In this document: in pieces, positions 38,526-48,815 of the stretch | Numbering within the stretch: position 1 is the first letter of the stretch | Layout of the letters: each line of letters begins with the position of its first letter | Assembly (NCBI GenBank): GCA_963709465.1 | Contig: CAVPWF010000001.1 | Location: forward strand, 129,956 to 193,955 | DNA: 64,000 nt | Source: an uncultured Flavobacteriaceae bacterium | GTDB lineage: Bacteria; Bacteroidota; Bacteroidia; Flavobacteriales; Flavobacteriaceae | Reading direction: 5' to 3' | Program-made: the position numbers and the translations under genes | Notes under the pieces: generated by a model | The model's database searches: none | Seen by the model: the letters and a program-made list of their open reading frames with translations, nothing else | Told to the model about the DNA's origin: nothing

Positions 38526-39642
38526 AAAAGAAGATCCTGTTTATTCTGCAATTGCCGCCGCCGGTTCACGGGGTTCCATTGTGAATAAGAAAACATCATG
38601 GACAGTGAAATACCTCAATGAGGAGTTTGAGTGTACTTTTATCAACCTCACGACGGCTCGGGACGTCAGCGATATTGGAACAGGGGGAATATCAAAGTCT
38701 TTGCCGCAGCCCGAATTTGGCGAGAGGTTCGTCGCATTTATGCCCGGGGGAATTTTGATTTGGTATATCTCACCTTGTCTCCCCATGGACCTGCTTTCTA
38801 TAAAGATGGCATTCTGGCCATGCTGCTCAAATGCTCCAGAGCCCGGATTGCGTATCATATGCACGGAAAAGGGATTGCAGAAATTGCCCGGAAGAGTGCC
38901 TTTAAAAGACAGTTATATCATTGGGTTTTTCAGAAGACAAAAGTGATACATTTAGCCTCGTGTTTATATGAGGATATTAGCGCCTTTGTAAAAAAAGAAG
39001 ACCTTTGGATTGTCCCAAATGGAATTCCCCTGCCAAAACACGGAGTAACACATCAAAATGGAGATGAACGAATTCTCTATCTGTCGAATATGCAGGAGTC
39101 TAAAGGGTCCATGGATTTATTAAAGGCCGCAGGGATCTTAAAAGATCGCGGGGTTTCTTTTAAGGTGGATTTCGTGGGGAAATGGCATAGTGATTCGGAG
39201 TTTCAAAAGAAATGGGAGGCTTATTATAAAATGCATCAGCTTGAGATTTCGTACAATACCATGGCGCAAAATACGGGGATGAAAAACAAAAATTTTTGGA
39301 ACAGGCCGTATCTTTGCACTCCCGTCGTTTTACAAAAATGAGTGTTTTCCAATTTCGATTCTCGAAGCCATGTCATTCGGGCTTCCTGTTGTCAGTACAG
39401 ATGAGGGGGCAATTTCAGAAATTGTAATCGAGGGCAAAACGGGGTATCGTGTTCCCAAGAATGATCCTGAGGCCCTTGCGGACGCCTTGCACAAACTGAT
39501 TGCGAATACATCAGGGCTGCGTGAAATGATGGGATCACAAGCCATAAAGGAGTTTAAAGAGAAATACACACTCGAGGTGTTTGAAAGAAATCTGGCCGGG
39601 GCCTTAAATGAAATTATAGCAGGATTTAGAAGGCCGCAGTAG
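38522..39642 (+). pseudogene. family 1 (GT4-type) glycosyltransferase, disrupted by four frameshifts
   Basis: Reading across frames gives (M)KKKILFILQLPPPVHG | SIVNKK..FECTFINLTTARDVSDIGTGG | VFAAARIWREV..YKMHQLE | FVQYHGAKYGDEKQKFLEQA | IFALPSFYKNECFPISILEAMSFGLPVVSTDEGAISEIV... The shifts lie near 38570-38575 (G run), 38683-38697 (G5/A3), 39246-39250 and 39308-39309. Confidence 0.75.
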
Positions 39643-39666
39643 AACGATAGTTGAAAAAAGTGATAG

Positions 39667-41820
39667 ATGAAGCAAGTTATACAGAATTTTAAGACCGGAG
39701 AATTATTTGTAGATGACGTACCACCACCGGCGATATCCGAGGGTATGGTGCTGGTTGCGAATGCGTTTTCCCTAATCAGTGCAGGAACGGAGCGCAGTAC
39801 CGTAAAAGTGGCAAAAGCCAATTTATTGGGAAAGGCAAAACAACGGCCGGATCTGGTGGCACAAGTGCTACAAAATATAAGAAAAGAGGGTCTCAGGGCA
39901 ACCTATGAAAAAGTCCGGACCAAACTCGACGCCCTGAAACCCCTGGGCTATAGTACGGCCGGAATCGTCCTTGCGTCAACAGACACAAACGGATTTTTTA
40001 AGCCGGGAGACCGGGTGGCTTGTGCAGGAGCCGATTACGCGTCTCATGCTGAGGTTGTGGCTATCCCTCAGAATCTGGTTGCTAAAATTCCGGGCGAAGT
40101 TTCTTTTGAAGATGCAGCCGCTACGACTCTCGGAGCTATTGCACTTCAGGGAGTAAGGCAGGCTGAACCCAGATTGGGGGATAACGTCTGCGTTATCGGC
40201 CTGGGTCTCCTGGGCCAAATTACATGTCAGTTGCTAAAGGCAAATGGTTGTAATGTATTTGGGATTGATCTTTCAGAAGGATTGGTTGCTCTTTCCAAAG
40301 AGCTCGGGGCTTCGGAGGCTTTAAGTCGGCAGGCTCCCAATCTCATGGCCGCCACCTCGAATTTTACAAACGGACATGGCTTTGACAGCATTATTATAAC
40401 CGCCGCCGCACCGAGTAACGACCCAATTGAACTCTCTGCTCAAATTGCGGCCAAAAAAGGAAAGGTCGTCGTGGTTGGAGCAGTCAAAATGAATGTCCCG
40501 AGGGACCCGCATTTTTATCGGAAGGAGTTGGATCTTAAGATGTCCTGTTCCTATGGACCCGGGAGGTATGATGTAAACTATGAAGAAAGGGGCATGGACT
40601 ACCCTTATGCCTATGTGCGATGGACTGAGCAGCGCAATATGGAAGCCTTTCTTGGATTACTCGCGAACAAGTTGGTGAATTTGGCTCCGTTGATAACGCA
40701 TACTTTTGAAATTGCAGCTGCTGAAAAAGCTTATGACATTGTATTGGGTAAAACAAAGGAGCCGCATATTGGAATTTTGTTAAAGTATCCCGGGGCCGAT
40801 CAGGAACGGGAAACGAAGATAGCCGTCAATGCAGAATCAAAAAATGCCGATGCTCCCTCTATTGGGTTTATAGGTGCCGGTAGTTTTGCCCAGAGTTATC
40901 TCATCCCGAGTATCGACGCTAAAAAATTCAATCTCGACACCGTAGTTACCACCAAGGGAATTACTTCTAAAAATGCGGCTGAAAAATTTGGTTTTGCTTC
41001 TGCATCTACCAGTAGTGCTGACGTCCTTGATAATAATCGTATCAACACTGTCTTTATCGCCACCCCGCACAATTCGCACGCCCAATATACGCTGGAGGCG
41101 CTTAAACGAAATAAGAATGTCTTCGTCGAGAAGCCACTCGCGATGAATGTTGAAGAACTCGAGGTGGTAAAAGAGCAGTATTCCGCCGGGAATTCCAGGC
41201 TGATGGTTGGATTTAACAGGAGGTTTTCCCCCCTCGCCCGGGAAATACGATCACAGTTCGAGGGTCTTCAAGAGCCCCTGGTTGTAAATATCAGGGTGAA
41301 CGCCGGGTTTATACCCAAGGACCACTGGACGCAGCAAAAGGAAGTCGGGGGAGGCCGGATTATTGGAGAGATGTGCCATTTCATTGATCTGATGCAGTAT
41401 TTTACAAATTCCAGGCCCCATACAGTTTATGCCAGCAGTATCGACACTTTTAATTCGGAACTGCAAACAGAAGACAACATATCTATCGTTTTAAAATTTA
41501 AGGATGGCTCTATAGGAAATTTGATTTATCTGGCTAATGGAGATAAATCCATACCTAAAGAACATATCGAAGTTTTCGGAGGTGGGGTTACCGGGGTAAT
41601 TAACGACTTTCGAAATGGCACTTTGCACCGAAATAACAGAACCACCAAACTAAAGACTTCAGGAAAGGGCCATCGGCAGGAAGTGGCAGCATTCCTTTCG
41701 GCAGTGGAAACAGGGGCTGAATCTCCCATTTCCTTTGAATCCATCTGCGATACCACCTTAACCACATTCAAGATTCGGGATAGTTTAGCCACCGGTCTTC
41801 CGCAGCGCATAGTGACATGA
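39667..41820 (+). CDS. bi-domain oxidoreductase (N-terminal MDR/zinc-ADH-like + C-terminal Gfo/Idh/MocA)
   Basis: 717 aa. The N-terminal half has the MDR fold with a Rossmann block VCVIGLGLLGQ. The C-terminal half has IGFIGAGSFAQ, VFIATPHNSH and EKPLA (Gfo/Idh/MocA). Confidence 0.8.
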   Translation: MKQVIQNFKTGELFVDDVPPPAISEGMVLVANAFSLISAGTERSTVKVAKANLLGKAKQRPDLVAQVLQNIRKEGLRATYEKVRTKLDALKPLGYSTAGIVLASTDTNGFFKPGDRVACAGADYASHAEVVAIPQNLVAKIPGEVSFEDAAATTLGAIALQGVRQAEPRLGDNVCVIGLGLLGQITCQLLKANGCNVFGIDLSEGLVALSKELGASEALSRQAPNLMAATSNFTNGHGFDSIIITAAAPSNDPIELSAQIAAKKGKVVVVGAVKMNVPRDPHFYRKELDLKMSCSYGPGRYDVNYEERGMDYPYAYVRWTEQRNMEAFLGLLANKLVNLAPLITHTFEIAAAEKAYDIVLGKTKEPHIGILLKYPGADQERETKIAVNAESKNADAPSIGFIGAGSFAQSYLIPSIDAKKFNLDTVVTTKGITSKNAAEKFGFASASTSSADVLDNNRINTVFIATPHNSHAQYTLEALKRNKNVFVEKPLAMNVEELEVVKEQYSAGNSRLMVGFNRRFSPLAREIRSQFEGLQEPLVVNIRVNAGFIPKDHWTQQKEVGGGRIIGEMCHFIDLMQYFTNSRPHTVYASSIDTFNSELQTEDNISIVLKFKDGSIGNLIYLANGDKSIPKEHIEVFGGGVTGVINDFRNGTLHRNNRTTKLKTSGKGHRQEVAAFLSAVETGAESPISFESICDTTLTTFKIRDSLATGLPQRIVT

Positions 41821-43070
41821 ACACCCGCCTGAAAGCAACTCAAATTCACTATAGCCTGCTGCTGGCCCTGTCATTTTTAATGCCTTCGGGGTTCTATAAG
41901 CTGGAGGGGATAGTTATCGGGGTGCTCTTTGGGAGTTGGTTATTCGCCATTAGGGGGTACAAGGCCTTGAAATCTCCGGGCTTTCCAGCTATTGCGGTAT
42001 GGGGTTTTTTCGGAGTGATGATGGCTGGCCTTTTGTATACTTCATATCCGGATGCCCAATGGGCCTATCTGGGAAGGCGACTGTCTCTGATTTTTGTGCC
42101 TCTGGCGTTTATCGGGATACGTTTAACGTGCCGTCAATATGAAGGGATTCTGGCCGCATTCACATTTTCCGCCTTGTTTTTTATCCTACTTGCGGACGGC
42201 TATGCGCTTTTCGATATACTGCATTCAGGGGAAACAGAGATTTTGATCGGACGCTCTAGTTACCATAAGTTCACCTACTACGGTCTTACACGAATCTTTG
42301 AGGATTGGCACCCGACGTATGTTTCACTTTTTCTGAATCTGGTGCTGGTGTTTTGTTATAAGCTGTTTTATAAAAAAGGAAAGTTCAAGCTTTGGATTTT
42401 GTGCAGTTCAATCGCAATTGTAAACATCTTCCTATTGAATTCGTTCATCGGGATTTTGGCATTTATAATTCTATTGGCCTTCTTTTTGTTTCTTAGATTT
42501 CAAAATCAGAGAATGGTTTTTCTGGGTTCGATCGTCGGATTATCCGTTTCAATAGGATTGAGTTTTATTTATAATCCATTGAGGTTTGAGAAGATTGAAA
42601 AATTAAAGAACACCGAGCTGAAGATCACCGATAAAAAGGAAGAACGCAATGTGCTTACTTTGCGACTTGCGAAATGGAAGTCATCGCTTCAGGTGTTTGC
42701 CACAGCGCCTGTTCTCGGGGTTTCCAACGGGGACTATAAAGAAAGACTTGTAGATCAATACAAAGCGAATGGATTTATGTACAGCGCTCAAGAACGTTAT
42801 GCTTCTCACAATCAGTATCTGTATACAATGGTTTCAAACGGGATTGCAGGATTATTCCTTTTGATGATGCTTTTAGTCACCCCCCTTCTTTTACATACGG
42901 CATCTCGGGAATATTTTCCTTTTCTGGTGTTGATTGGAGTCTTTTTCCTGACGGAAGATTTACTTGCGCGTCAGCAGGGAATTGTCTTTTTTGTTTTTTT
43001 CTACGTATTGATGACCCGAAAGACCCCACCTGAAATACCCAGCGAAAATGACAAACGAACAGATCATTAG
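41817..43070 (+). CDS. O-antigen ligase/polymerase family (Wzy_C-like) membrane protein
   Basis: 417 aa, polytopic. Periplasmic loop with SHNQYLYTMVSNGIAGLFLL. Its ATG overlaps the upstream stop (ATGA). Confidence 0.7.
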   Translation: MNTRLKATQIHYSLLLALSFLMPSGFYKLEGIVIGVLFGSWLFAIRGYKALKSPGFPAIAVWGFFGVMMAGLLYTSYPDAQWAYLGRRLSLIFVPLAFIGIRLTCRQYEGILAAFTFSALFFILLADGYALFDILHSGETEILIGRSSYHKFTYYGLTRIFEDWHPTYVSLFLNLVLVFCYKLFYKKGKFKLWILCSSIAIVNIFLLNSFIGILAFIILLAFFLFLRFQNQRMVFLGSIVGLSVSIGLSFIYNPLRFEKIEKLKNTELKITDKKEERNVLTLRLAKWKSSLQVFATAPVLGVSNGDYKERLVDQYKANGFMYSAQERYASHNQYLYTMVSNGIAGLFLLMMLLVTPLLLHTASREYFPFLVLIGVFFLTEDLLARQQGIVFFVFFYVLMTRKTPPEIPSENDKRTDH

Positions 43071-44223
43071 AACGAGTTTCGAGAGATTACAGTCGTATTG
43101 CGAGGCTGAAGAGTTTAAGGGGTGGGACCCTTATGACGGGCTCAATAGCTGGCTGATTCAAAGAACGCCTTTGGGGAATTTCCGGTTTATCCGATTGGCA
43201 TGGATTCAAATTTTCAAACGGAATCCTATTAATTTGAGAAATATTGCCGGGATTTCAAAAGGGTATAATCCCAAAGGGCTGGGTTTGTTTTTAAATGGGT
43301 ATTGTAAGACCTACCACCTGGATCCCAGTGCGGATAGGCTGTCAAAAATTTCACTACTTTCTGAAGAGATTCTGAACCTGACGACTAAAGGATATTCCGG
43401 GGCATGTTGGGGATATAATTTTGACTGGCAGGCCCGGGCATTTTTCCAGCCGCGGTATACTCCTACGGTAGTAGCTACCTCATTTATTTGCGAGGCTTTG
43501 CTGGAGGCTTATGAGATTACAGGCGAGGAAAAACTTCTGCGAACTGCGGTTAGTACGGCTGATTTTGTCCTCAAAGATCTGAATCGCACCTATGACACAG
43601 AGGGAAATTTTACTTTGTCGTATTCTCCACTGGACAAAACTCAGGTTTTTAACGCGGGTTTATTGGGAGCAAAGACCCTCAGTCTTATCTATCGCCATAC
43701 AAAAGACCCTTTACTAATACAGGAGGCGCAAAAAATAGTATCCTTTGTTGCCGGCAAACAAGCCGCAGATGGCTCCTGGGCATATGGCACCCTGCCGTAC
43801 CACCAATGGGTGGACAATTTCCATACCGGGTATAATCTGGAGTGCATCCACATTTATCAAGAAGAATCCGGGGATTCCACCTTTGACAAGAACCTAAGGG
43901 CAGGCCTGACCTATTATATCAACACCTTTTTTACCGAAGAAGGCATTTCAAAGTACTATAACAATCAAACCTATCCGGTAGATATTCACGCGCCTGCCCA
44001 ATTAGTTATTACCTTGCAGAAAATGGGAGAACTCAGTAGGAACAGAGATCTTGTCGAGAAGGTGCTCCTGTGGACTGTTGAGCAGATGCAATCGCCAAAA
44101 GGGTACTTTTACTATCAAAAACGCAAGGGCATCAGCTCGAGAATTCCATATATACGTTGGGCTCAGGCGTGGATGTTTTACGCTTTTTCCCATTATTTTT
44201 TCGATCTTGAGAGCGATGGATAG
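43048..44223 (+). CDS. conserved hypothetical protein, possibly (alpha/alpha)6-toroid enzyme
   Basis: 391 aa, soluble. Aromatic/Gly-rich motifs GWDPYDGLNS, CWGYNFDWQARAFF, DGSWAYG and WVDNFHTGYNLE. Overlaps the upstream gene by 23 nt. The fold assignment is only a guess. Confidence 0.6.
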   Translation: MTNEQIIRTSFERLQSYCEAEEFKGWDPYDGLNSWLIQRTPLGNFRFIRLAWIQIFKRNPINLRNIAGISKGYNPKGLGLFLNGYCKTYHLDPSADRLSKISLLSEEILNLTTKGYSGACWGYNFDWQARAFFQPRYTPTVVATSFICEALLEAYEITGEEKLLRTAVSTADFVLKDLNRTYDTEGNFTLSYSPLDKTQVFNAGLLGAKTLSLIYRHTKDPLLIQEAQKIVSFVAGKQAADGSWAYGTLPYHQWVDNFHTGYNLECIHIYQEESGDSTFDKNLRAGLTYYINTFFTEEGISKYYNNQTYPVDIHAPAQLVITLQKMGELSRNRDLVEKVLLWTVEQMQSPKGYFYYQKRKGISSRIPYIRWAQAWMFYAFSHYFFDLESDG

Positions 44224-44953
44224 TATTCAAATGTTGAATACCAGAATAGACAACCTTTCGATGGAGGAAACGCTCAATCGGATAGAACAGGCCGTTGCTC
44301 AGAAAATACAATTGCACCATGTGGTTGTAAATGCTGGGAAATTAGTGGCCATGAAAAGCGATATGCAATTACTGGAAAGTGTCAACTCCAGCGATATAAT
44401 TAATGCGGATGGGCAGGCCGTAGTCTGGGCTTCCCGCCTCCTTGGGAAGCCGCTGAAAGAGCGGGTTGCGGGTATAGATTTAATGGAGCGATTGGTCGCT
44501 GTGGCCGCGGAAAAAAAGTATAAAATATACTTTTTAGGAGCGACTCCTGAAACGGTTCAAAAGGTGGTGGAAGTCTATTCGAACTTATATGGCCCGGAAA
44601 TTATTGCAGGATTCAGGGATGGATATTTTTCAGAAAAGCAGTCGCCTGAAGTTGCCGAAGAAATCGCGAAAACAAATGCAAATATTCTTTTCGTGGCCAT
44701 AAGTTCTCCTAAAAAAGAAATTTTTCTTGCAACACATAAAAAGGCGTTTGGCCCGGTAAATCTGATTATGGGTGTTGGCGGCAGTTTTGACGTTATTGCG
44801 GGCAAGGTCAAAAGGGCCCCCGAGTGGATGCAGCGCTCCGGTCTGGAGTGGTTTTACAGGTTTATTCAGGAGCCGCGCAGGATGTGGCGCAGGTATCTTG
44901 TAGGCAATGCTACCTTCATCGGGATGGTTCTTCAGGAAAAGTTCAGAACCTGA
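44216..44953 (+). CDS. WecB/TagA/CpsF family glycosyltransferase
   Basis: Start trimmed to MDSIQMLNTRIDNLSMEETL. Contains INADGQAVVWA, YFLGA, GVGGSFD, APEWMQRSGLEWFYRFIQEPRRMWRRY. Confidence 0.85.
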   Translation: MDSIQMLNTRIDNLSMEETLNRIEQAVAQKIQLHHVVVNAGKLVAMKSDMQLLESVNSSDIINADGQAVVWASRLLGKPLKERVAGIDLMERLVAVAAEKKYKIYFLGATPETVQKVVEVYSNLYGPEIIAGFRDGYFSEKQSPEVAEEIAKTNANILFVAISSPKKEIFLATHKKAFGPVNLIMGVGGSFDVIAGKVKRAPEWMQRSGLEWFYRFIQEPRRMWRRYLVGNATFIGMVLQEKFRT

Positions 44954-44981
44954 TAGAAGGGTCATCTGATACGAGTTAGAA

Positions 44982-46331
44982 ATGTACAAAAAAGGCAAAC
45001 AAACGGATCTGATAACGCTCCTGTCCTACGCGATAGACTTATCGCTTATCAACCTTTTTGCCTCCCTGCTGCCTATCAACCTGATTGAAACAATCCTGTT
45101 CCACGCCTATATTTCCCTAGCCTGGATTGTGATCGCCATATGGGTTGAATTCTATTCGGTTTACAGGTACACCAAGGTCACACACATCCTTCGATTGCTC
45201 GTACGGCAGTTTTTCTTCTATTTTCTGATCCTGTATGCGTTTATAGGCTTTTTTAAGCAGCCCAACATGAGTCGGCTCGCCTTGGCCCAATATACTGCTC
45301 TGGTCTTTATTACTATCTCCATTGTAAAATTTATTAACTACTATCTGTTGATGAATTATCGGGAAAAAGTAAAGGGAAATCTCAGGAATGTGGTGATTAT
45401 TGGGAGGAATGCCAAAACGGAACAGTTAATACGTGTTTTCCAGGAAAGAACGGAATTTGGATATGAATTCAAGAAACAGTTTAGCCCAAAGGATAAGGGT
45501 TTTGATATCCAGTCGTGTTTTGATTATGTTTTGTCAAATCAAATAGATGAAATTTATTGCTCTATTTCCGAGTTAAAGAACCATGAAATAGTGGCTTTTA
45601 TCAACTTTGCCGACAACAACCTGAAAACCCTCAAGTTCCTTCCGGACAATAAAAACATCTACTCCAAGAAACTTAAATTTGAATACTACGATTACCTGCC
45701 CATCCTCTCCCTGAGGGATATTCCGCTTCACAACCCGATCAATGCTTTTCTCAAGAGAGTTTTTGACCTCGGCTTCAGTATGCTAGTAATATTTGGAGTA
45801 TTGATCTGGCTGACACCGTTATTGGCCATCCTGATCAAACTAGAATCAAAAGGACCGCTGTTTTTCTTCCAAAAACGAACAGGTCTGGACAACAAAGAGT
45901 TTTATTGCTACAAGTTTCGGTCCATGGCTATTAACCCGGATGCAGATCAACAACAGGCGAGTAAGGACGACATGCGGATTACCAATATTGGAAAATTTCT
46001 TAGAAAAACAAGTATAGATGAATTGCCTCAGTTCTATAATGTTTTTTTAGGGACAATGTCCGTAGTGGGCCCCAGGCCACACATGGTAAAGCACACAGAT
46101 GAATACGCTTCAAGAGTAGACAAGTATATGGTGCGGCACTTTGTGAAGCCGGGCATTACCGGGCTGGCTCAGGTAAGGGGCTACAGGGGGGAAATAGAGA
46201 CACAAACGGACATTCAGAACAGGATTAAGTTCGATGTGTTTTATATTGAAAACTGGTCTTTCCTACTGGACGTTAAAATCGTATTCCAAACTATTTTGAA
46301 CATCTTCAAAGGGGAGGACAAAGCGTACTGA
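44982..46331 (+). CDS. undecaprenyl-phosphate hexose-1-phosphate transferase (bacterial sugar transferase, WbaP/WcaJ-like initiating enzyme)
   Basis: 449 aa. N-terminal TM helices. C-terminal block KGPLFFFQKRTGLDNKEFYCYKFRSM, DELPQFYNVFLGTMSVVGPRPH and GITGLAQV. Confidence 0.85.
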   Translation: MYKKGKQTDLITLLSYAIDLSLINLFASLLPINLIETILFHAYISLAWIVIAIWVEFYSVYRYTKVTHILRLLVRQFFFYFLILYAFIGFFKQPNMSRLALAQYTALVFITISIVKFINYYLLMNYREKVKGNLRNVVIIGRNAKTEQLIRVFQERTEFGYEFKKQFSPKDKGFDIQSCFDYVLSNQIDEIYCSISELKNHEIVAFINFADNNLKTLKFLPDNKNIYSKKLKFEYYDYLPILSLRDIPLHNPINAFLKRVFDLGFSMLVIFGVLIWLTPLLAILIKLESKGPLFFFQKRTGLDNKEFYCYKFRSMAINPDADQQQASKDDMRITNIGKFLRKTSIDELPQFYNVFLGTMSVVGPRPHMVKHTDEYASRVDKYMVRHFVKPGITGLAQVRGYRGEIETQTDIQNRIKFDVFYIENWSFLLDVKIVFQTILNIFKGEDKAY

Positions 46332-46434
46332 AATACATGTTTTGCCAGTTTTTTTCTGGTTTCTTTCGTTTTTATTGGAGAACAGAGGGGTTCTGAGTAA
46401 TATTGACTTCTTAATTTTATAAACATTAAAATCA

Positions 46435-47758
46435 ATGAAAGTCACTGTAGTAGGAACCGGATATGTAGGCCTGGTCACCGGAACCTGCCTGGCAGAAACA
46501 GGCAATGAAGTGGTCTGCGTGGATATAGACGCAGACAAGGTGAAACGCATGCAGTCCGGGGAGGTGCCGATTTACGAACCTCATCTGGATGTGCTTTTTG
46601 AACGGAATATAGAGGCGGGCCGGCTAACGTTTACCACTTCCCTGGAGGAGGGGCTTGAACACGGTGTTATTGTCTTTCTGGCTTTACCCACCCCTGAAGA
46701 TGAGGATGGCTCTGCAGACTTGAAATATGTACTTGGGGTATCCGAACAGATAGGTCATCTACTAAAGGATTATCGCGTCATTGTCGATAAGAGCACTGTC
46801 CCGGTCGGCACATCGGAAAAGGTCCATAAGGCAATTTCCAAAAATGCCAGATGTGATTTTGATGTGGTTTCCAACCCTGAATTTCTGAGGGAAGGTTTCG
46901 CTGTGGATGATTTTCTTAAACCGGAACGCATTGTCATCGGTTCGAGTTCCGATCGGGCGACAGACCTGATGAAAAAACTCTATAAGCCTTTTGTGAGGTC
47001 CGGGAATCCGATGATTGTAATGGATGAAAAATCTGCAGAACTCACAAAGTATGCTGCCAACGCGTTTCTGGCCACAAAGATCACCTTTATGAATGAGATC
47101 GCTAATTTTTGCGAGAAGGTGGGAGCGGATGTGGACAAGGTGCGCATAGGAATCGGAACGGATTCCCGTATTGGAAAGCGATTTCTCTTCCCGGGCATTG
47201 GATATGGAGGTTCCTGTTTTCCTAAGGATGTTAAGGCCCTTCACAAGTCCGCAAAGGATTCCGGCTACGAGTTTCAGATTCTCGAGTCGGTTATCGATGT
47301 AAACCACAGGCAGAAAGACGATTTTAATCCCCAGAATACTCGAGTATTTTGGTGGAGACCTAAAGGGTAAAAAAATTGGCGTTTGGGGCCTGGCCTTCAA
47401 ACCGGAAACGGATGACATCCGGGAAGCCCCGGCCCTGTATTTAATCGAAGAACTGTTAAAACTCGGGGCAGAGGTCACCGCTTTTGACCCGGAGGCTATG
47501 CAGAATGTGAAGCGTAAAATGGGGGATCGGATTTCCTATGCCACCCGGATGTATGGGGTTCTGGAAGATGCAGATGCCCTGGTGATCTGCACAGAATGGG
47601 GTGTTTTCAGAAACCCCAATTTTAACCGAATGAAGGAATTGTTGCGGGAGCCTGTAATTTTCGATGGGCGGAATTTATACGATACCGAAGAAATTCAGTC
47701 GGAAGGATTTTATTACGCCTCAATCGGAAGAGGTCATCAAGGAGCACTCAAAAAATAA
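46435..47758 (+). pseudogene. ugd: UDP-glucose 6-dehydrogenase interrupted by a single +1 frameshift
   Basis: ORF 46435-47370 (MKVTVVGTGYVGLVTG..GGSCFPKDV..VNHRQK) continues in the next frame as TILIPRILEYFGGDLKGKKIGVWGLAFKPETDDIREAPA.. into ORF 47498-47758. The junction is at ~47314-47318. Removing one base gives a ~440-aa intact UGDH. Confidence 0.8.
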
Positions 47759-47764
47759 GAAGTA

Positions 47765-48751
47765 TTGAAACAGATTTTGATTACAGGAGCTGCGGGGTTT
47801 TTAGGGTCGCATCTTTGCGACCGATTTATCGCGGAAGGATATAAGGTCATCGCTATGGACAACCTCATTACAGGTGACCTTAAGAACATCGAACACCTGT
47901 TTCGGTTGGAGCACTTTGAGTTTTACCACCACGACGTAACGAAGTTTGTACATGTGCCCGGGGACTTGCATTATATTTTGCACTTTGCCTCTCCTGCCAG
48001 CCCGATAGATTACCTCAAGATCCCCATTCAAACCTTGAAAGTGGGAGCGCTTGGCACACATAATTTGCTGGGTCTGGCTAAAGAGAAAAAGGCGCGAATC
48101 CTTATTGCGAGCACTTCTGAGGTATATGGGGACCCGTTAGTGCACCCCCAGAATGAGGACTATTTTGGGAATGTAAACACCATTAGCCCCAGGGGAGTAT
48201 ATGACGAAGCCAAACGGTTTCAGGAATCTATTACCATGGCCTATCACCGTTTTCATGGCCTCGAGACGCGAATAGCCCGAATTTTTAATACCTATGGCCC
48301 GAGAATGCGCCTGAATGACGGTCGGGTGATCCCGGCCTTTATGGGACAGGCACTCCGGGGGGAAGACCTTACTGTTTTTGGGGACGGAAAGCAGACGCGA
48401 TCCTTTTGTTATGTGGATGACCAGGTAGAGGGAATCTACAGGTTATTGCTTTCGGACTACAGCCTTCCGGTGAATATCGGAAACCCCGGCGAAATCTCCA
48501 TCCTGGAATTCGCTGAGGAAATTATCAAACTGACAGGGACAAATCAGAAAATCACCTTTAAGCCCCTGCCGCAGGACGATCCCCTGCAAAGGCAGCCAGA
48601 CATATCCAAGGCCAGAGAAGTGCTGGGATGGGACCCCAAAGTGGGCCGGCAGGAGGGCATGAAAACCACATTCGAATATTTCAAATCGCTCTCTAAGGAA
48701 GAGCTTGACAAGCGGGAACACCGGGATTTCAGCAAACGCAATACCTACTGA
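47765..48751 (+). CDS. UDP-glucuronate decarboxylase (UDP-xylose synthase-like SDR)
   Basis: 328 aa, TTG start. Contains [33 protein letters not shown] and [10 protein letters not shown]. Confidence 0.8.
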   Translation: MKQILITGAAGFLGSHLCDRFIAEGYKVIAMDNLITGDLKNIEHLFRLEHFEFYHHDVTKFVHVPGDLHYILHFASPASPIDYLKIPIQTLKVGALGTHNLLGLAKEKKARILIASTSEVYGDPLVHPQNEDYFGNVNTISPRGVYDEAKRFQESITMAYHRFHGLETRIARIFNTYGPRMRLNDGRVIPAFMGQALRGEDLTVFGDGKQTRSFCYVDDQVEGIYRLLLSDYSLPVNIGNPGEISILEFAEEIIKLTGTNQKITFKPLPQDDPLQRQPDISKAREVLGWDPKVGRQEGMKTTFEYFKSLSKEELDKREHRDFSKRNTY

Positions 48752-48815
48752 AATAATCTTGAAGAACGTTCCGGATTATGCGTGTCAAGGCCTATTTTTG
48801 TCTAAAATCCATCCT

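Noticed and set aside
37415-38946. ORFs 37415-37609 and 38581-38946 as independent small genes
   Set aside because: They read as in-register fragments of the neighbouring Wzy-like and GT4-type genes once frame hops are allowed, so they are reported as parts of the pseudogenes.
39330-39821. 163-aa minus-strand ORF spanning the GT pseudogene/oxidoreductase junction
   Set aside because: It is antisense to two recognisable plus-strand genes and has no motifs of its own.
46762-47478. 238-aa ORF on the minus strand
   Set aside because: It is entirely antisense to the clearly recognisable UDP-glucose dehydrogenase gene. Its sequence is low-complexity and Ser/Arg-rich with no recognisable motifs, so it is a shadow ORF.
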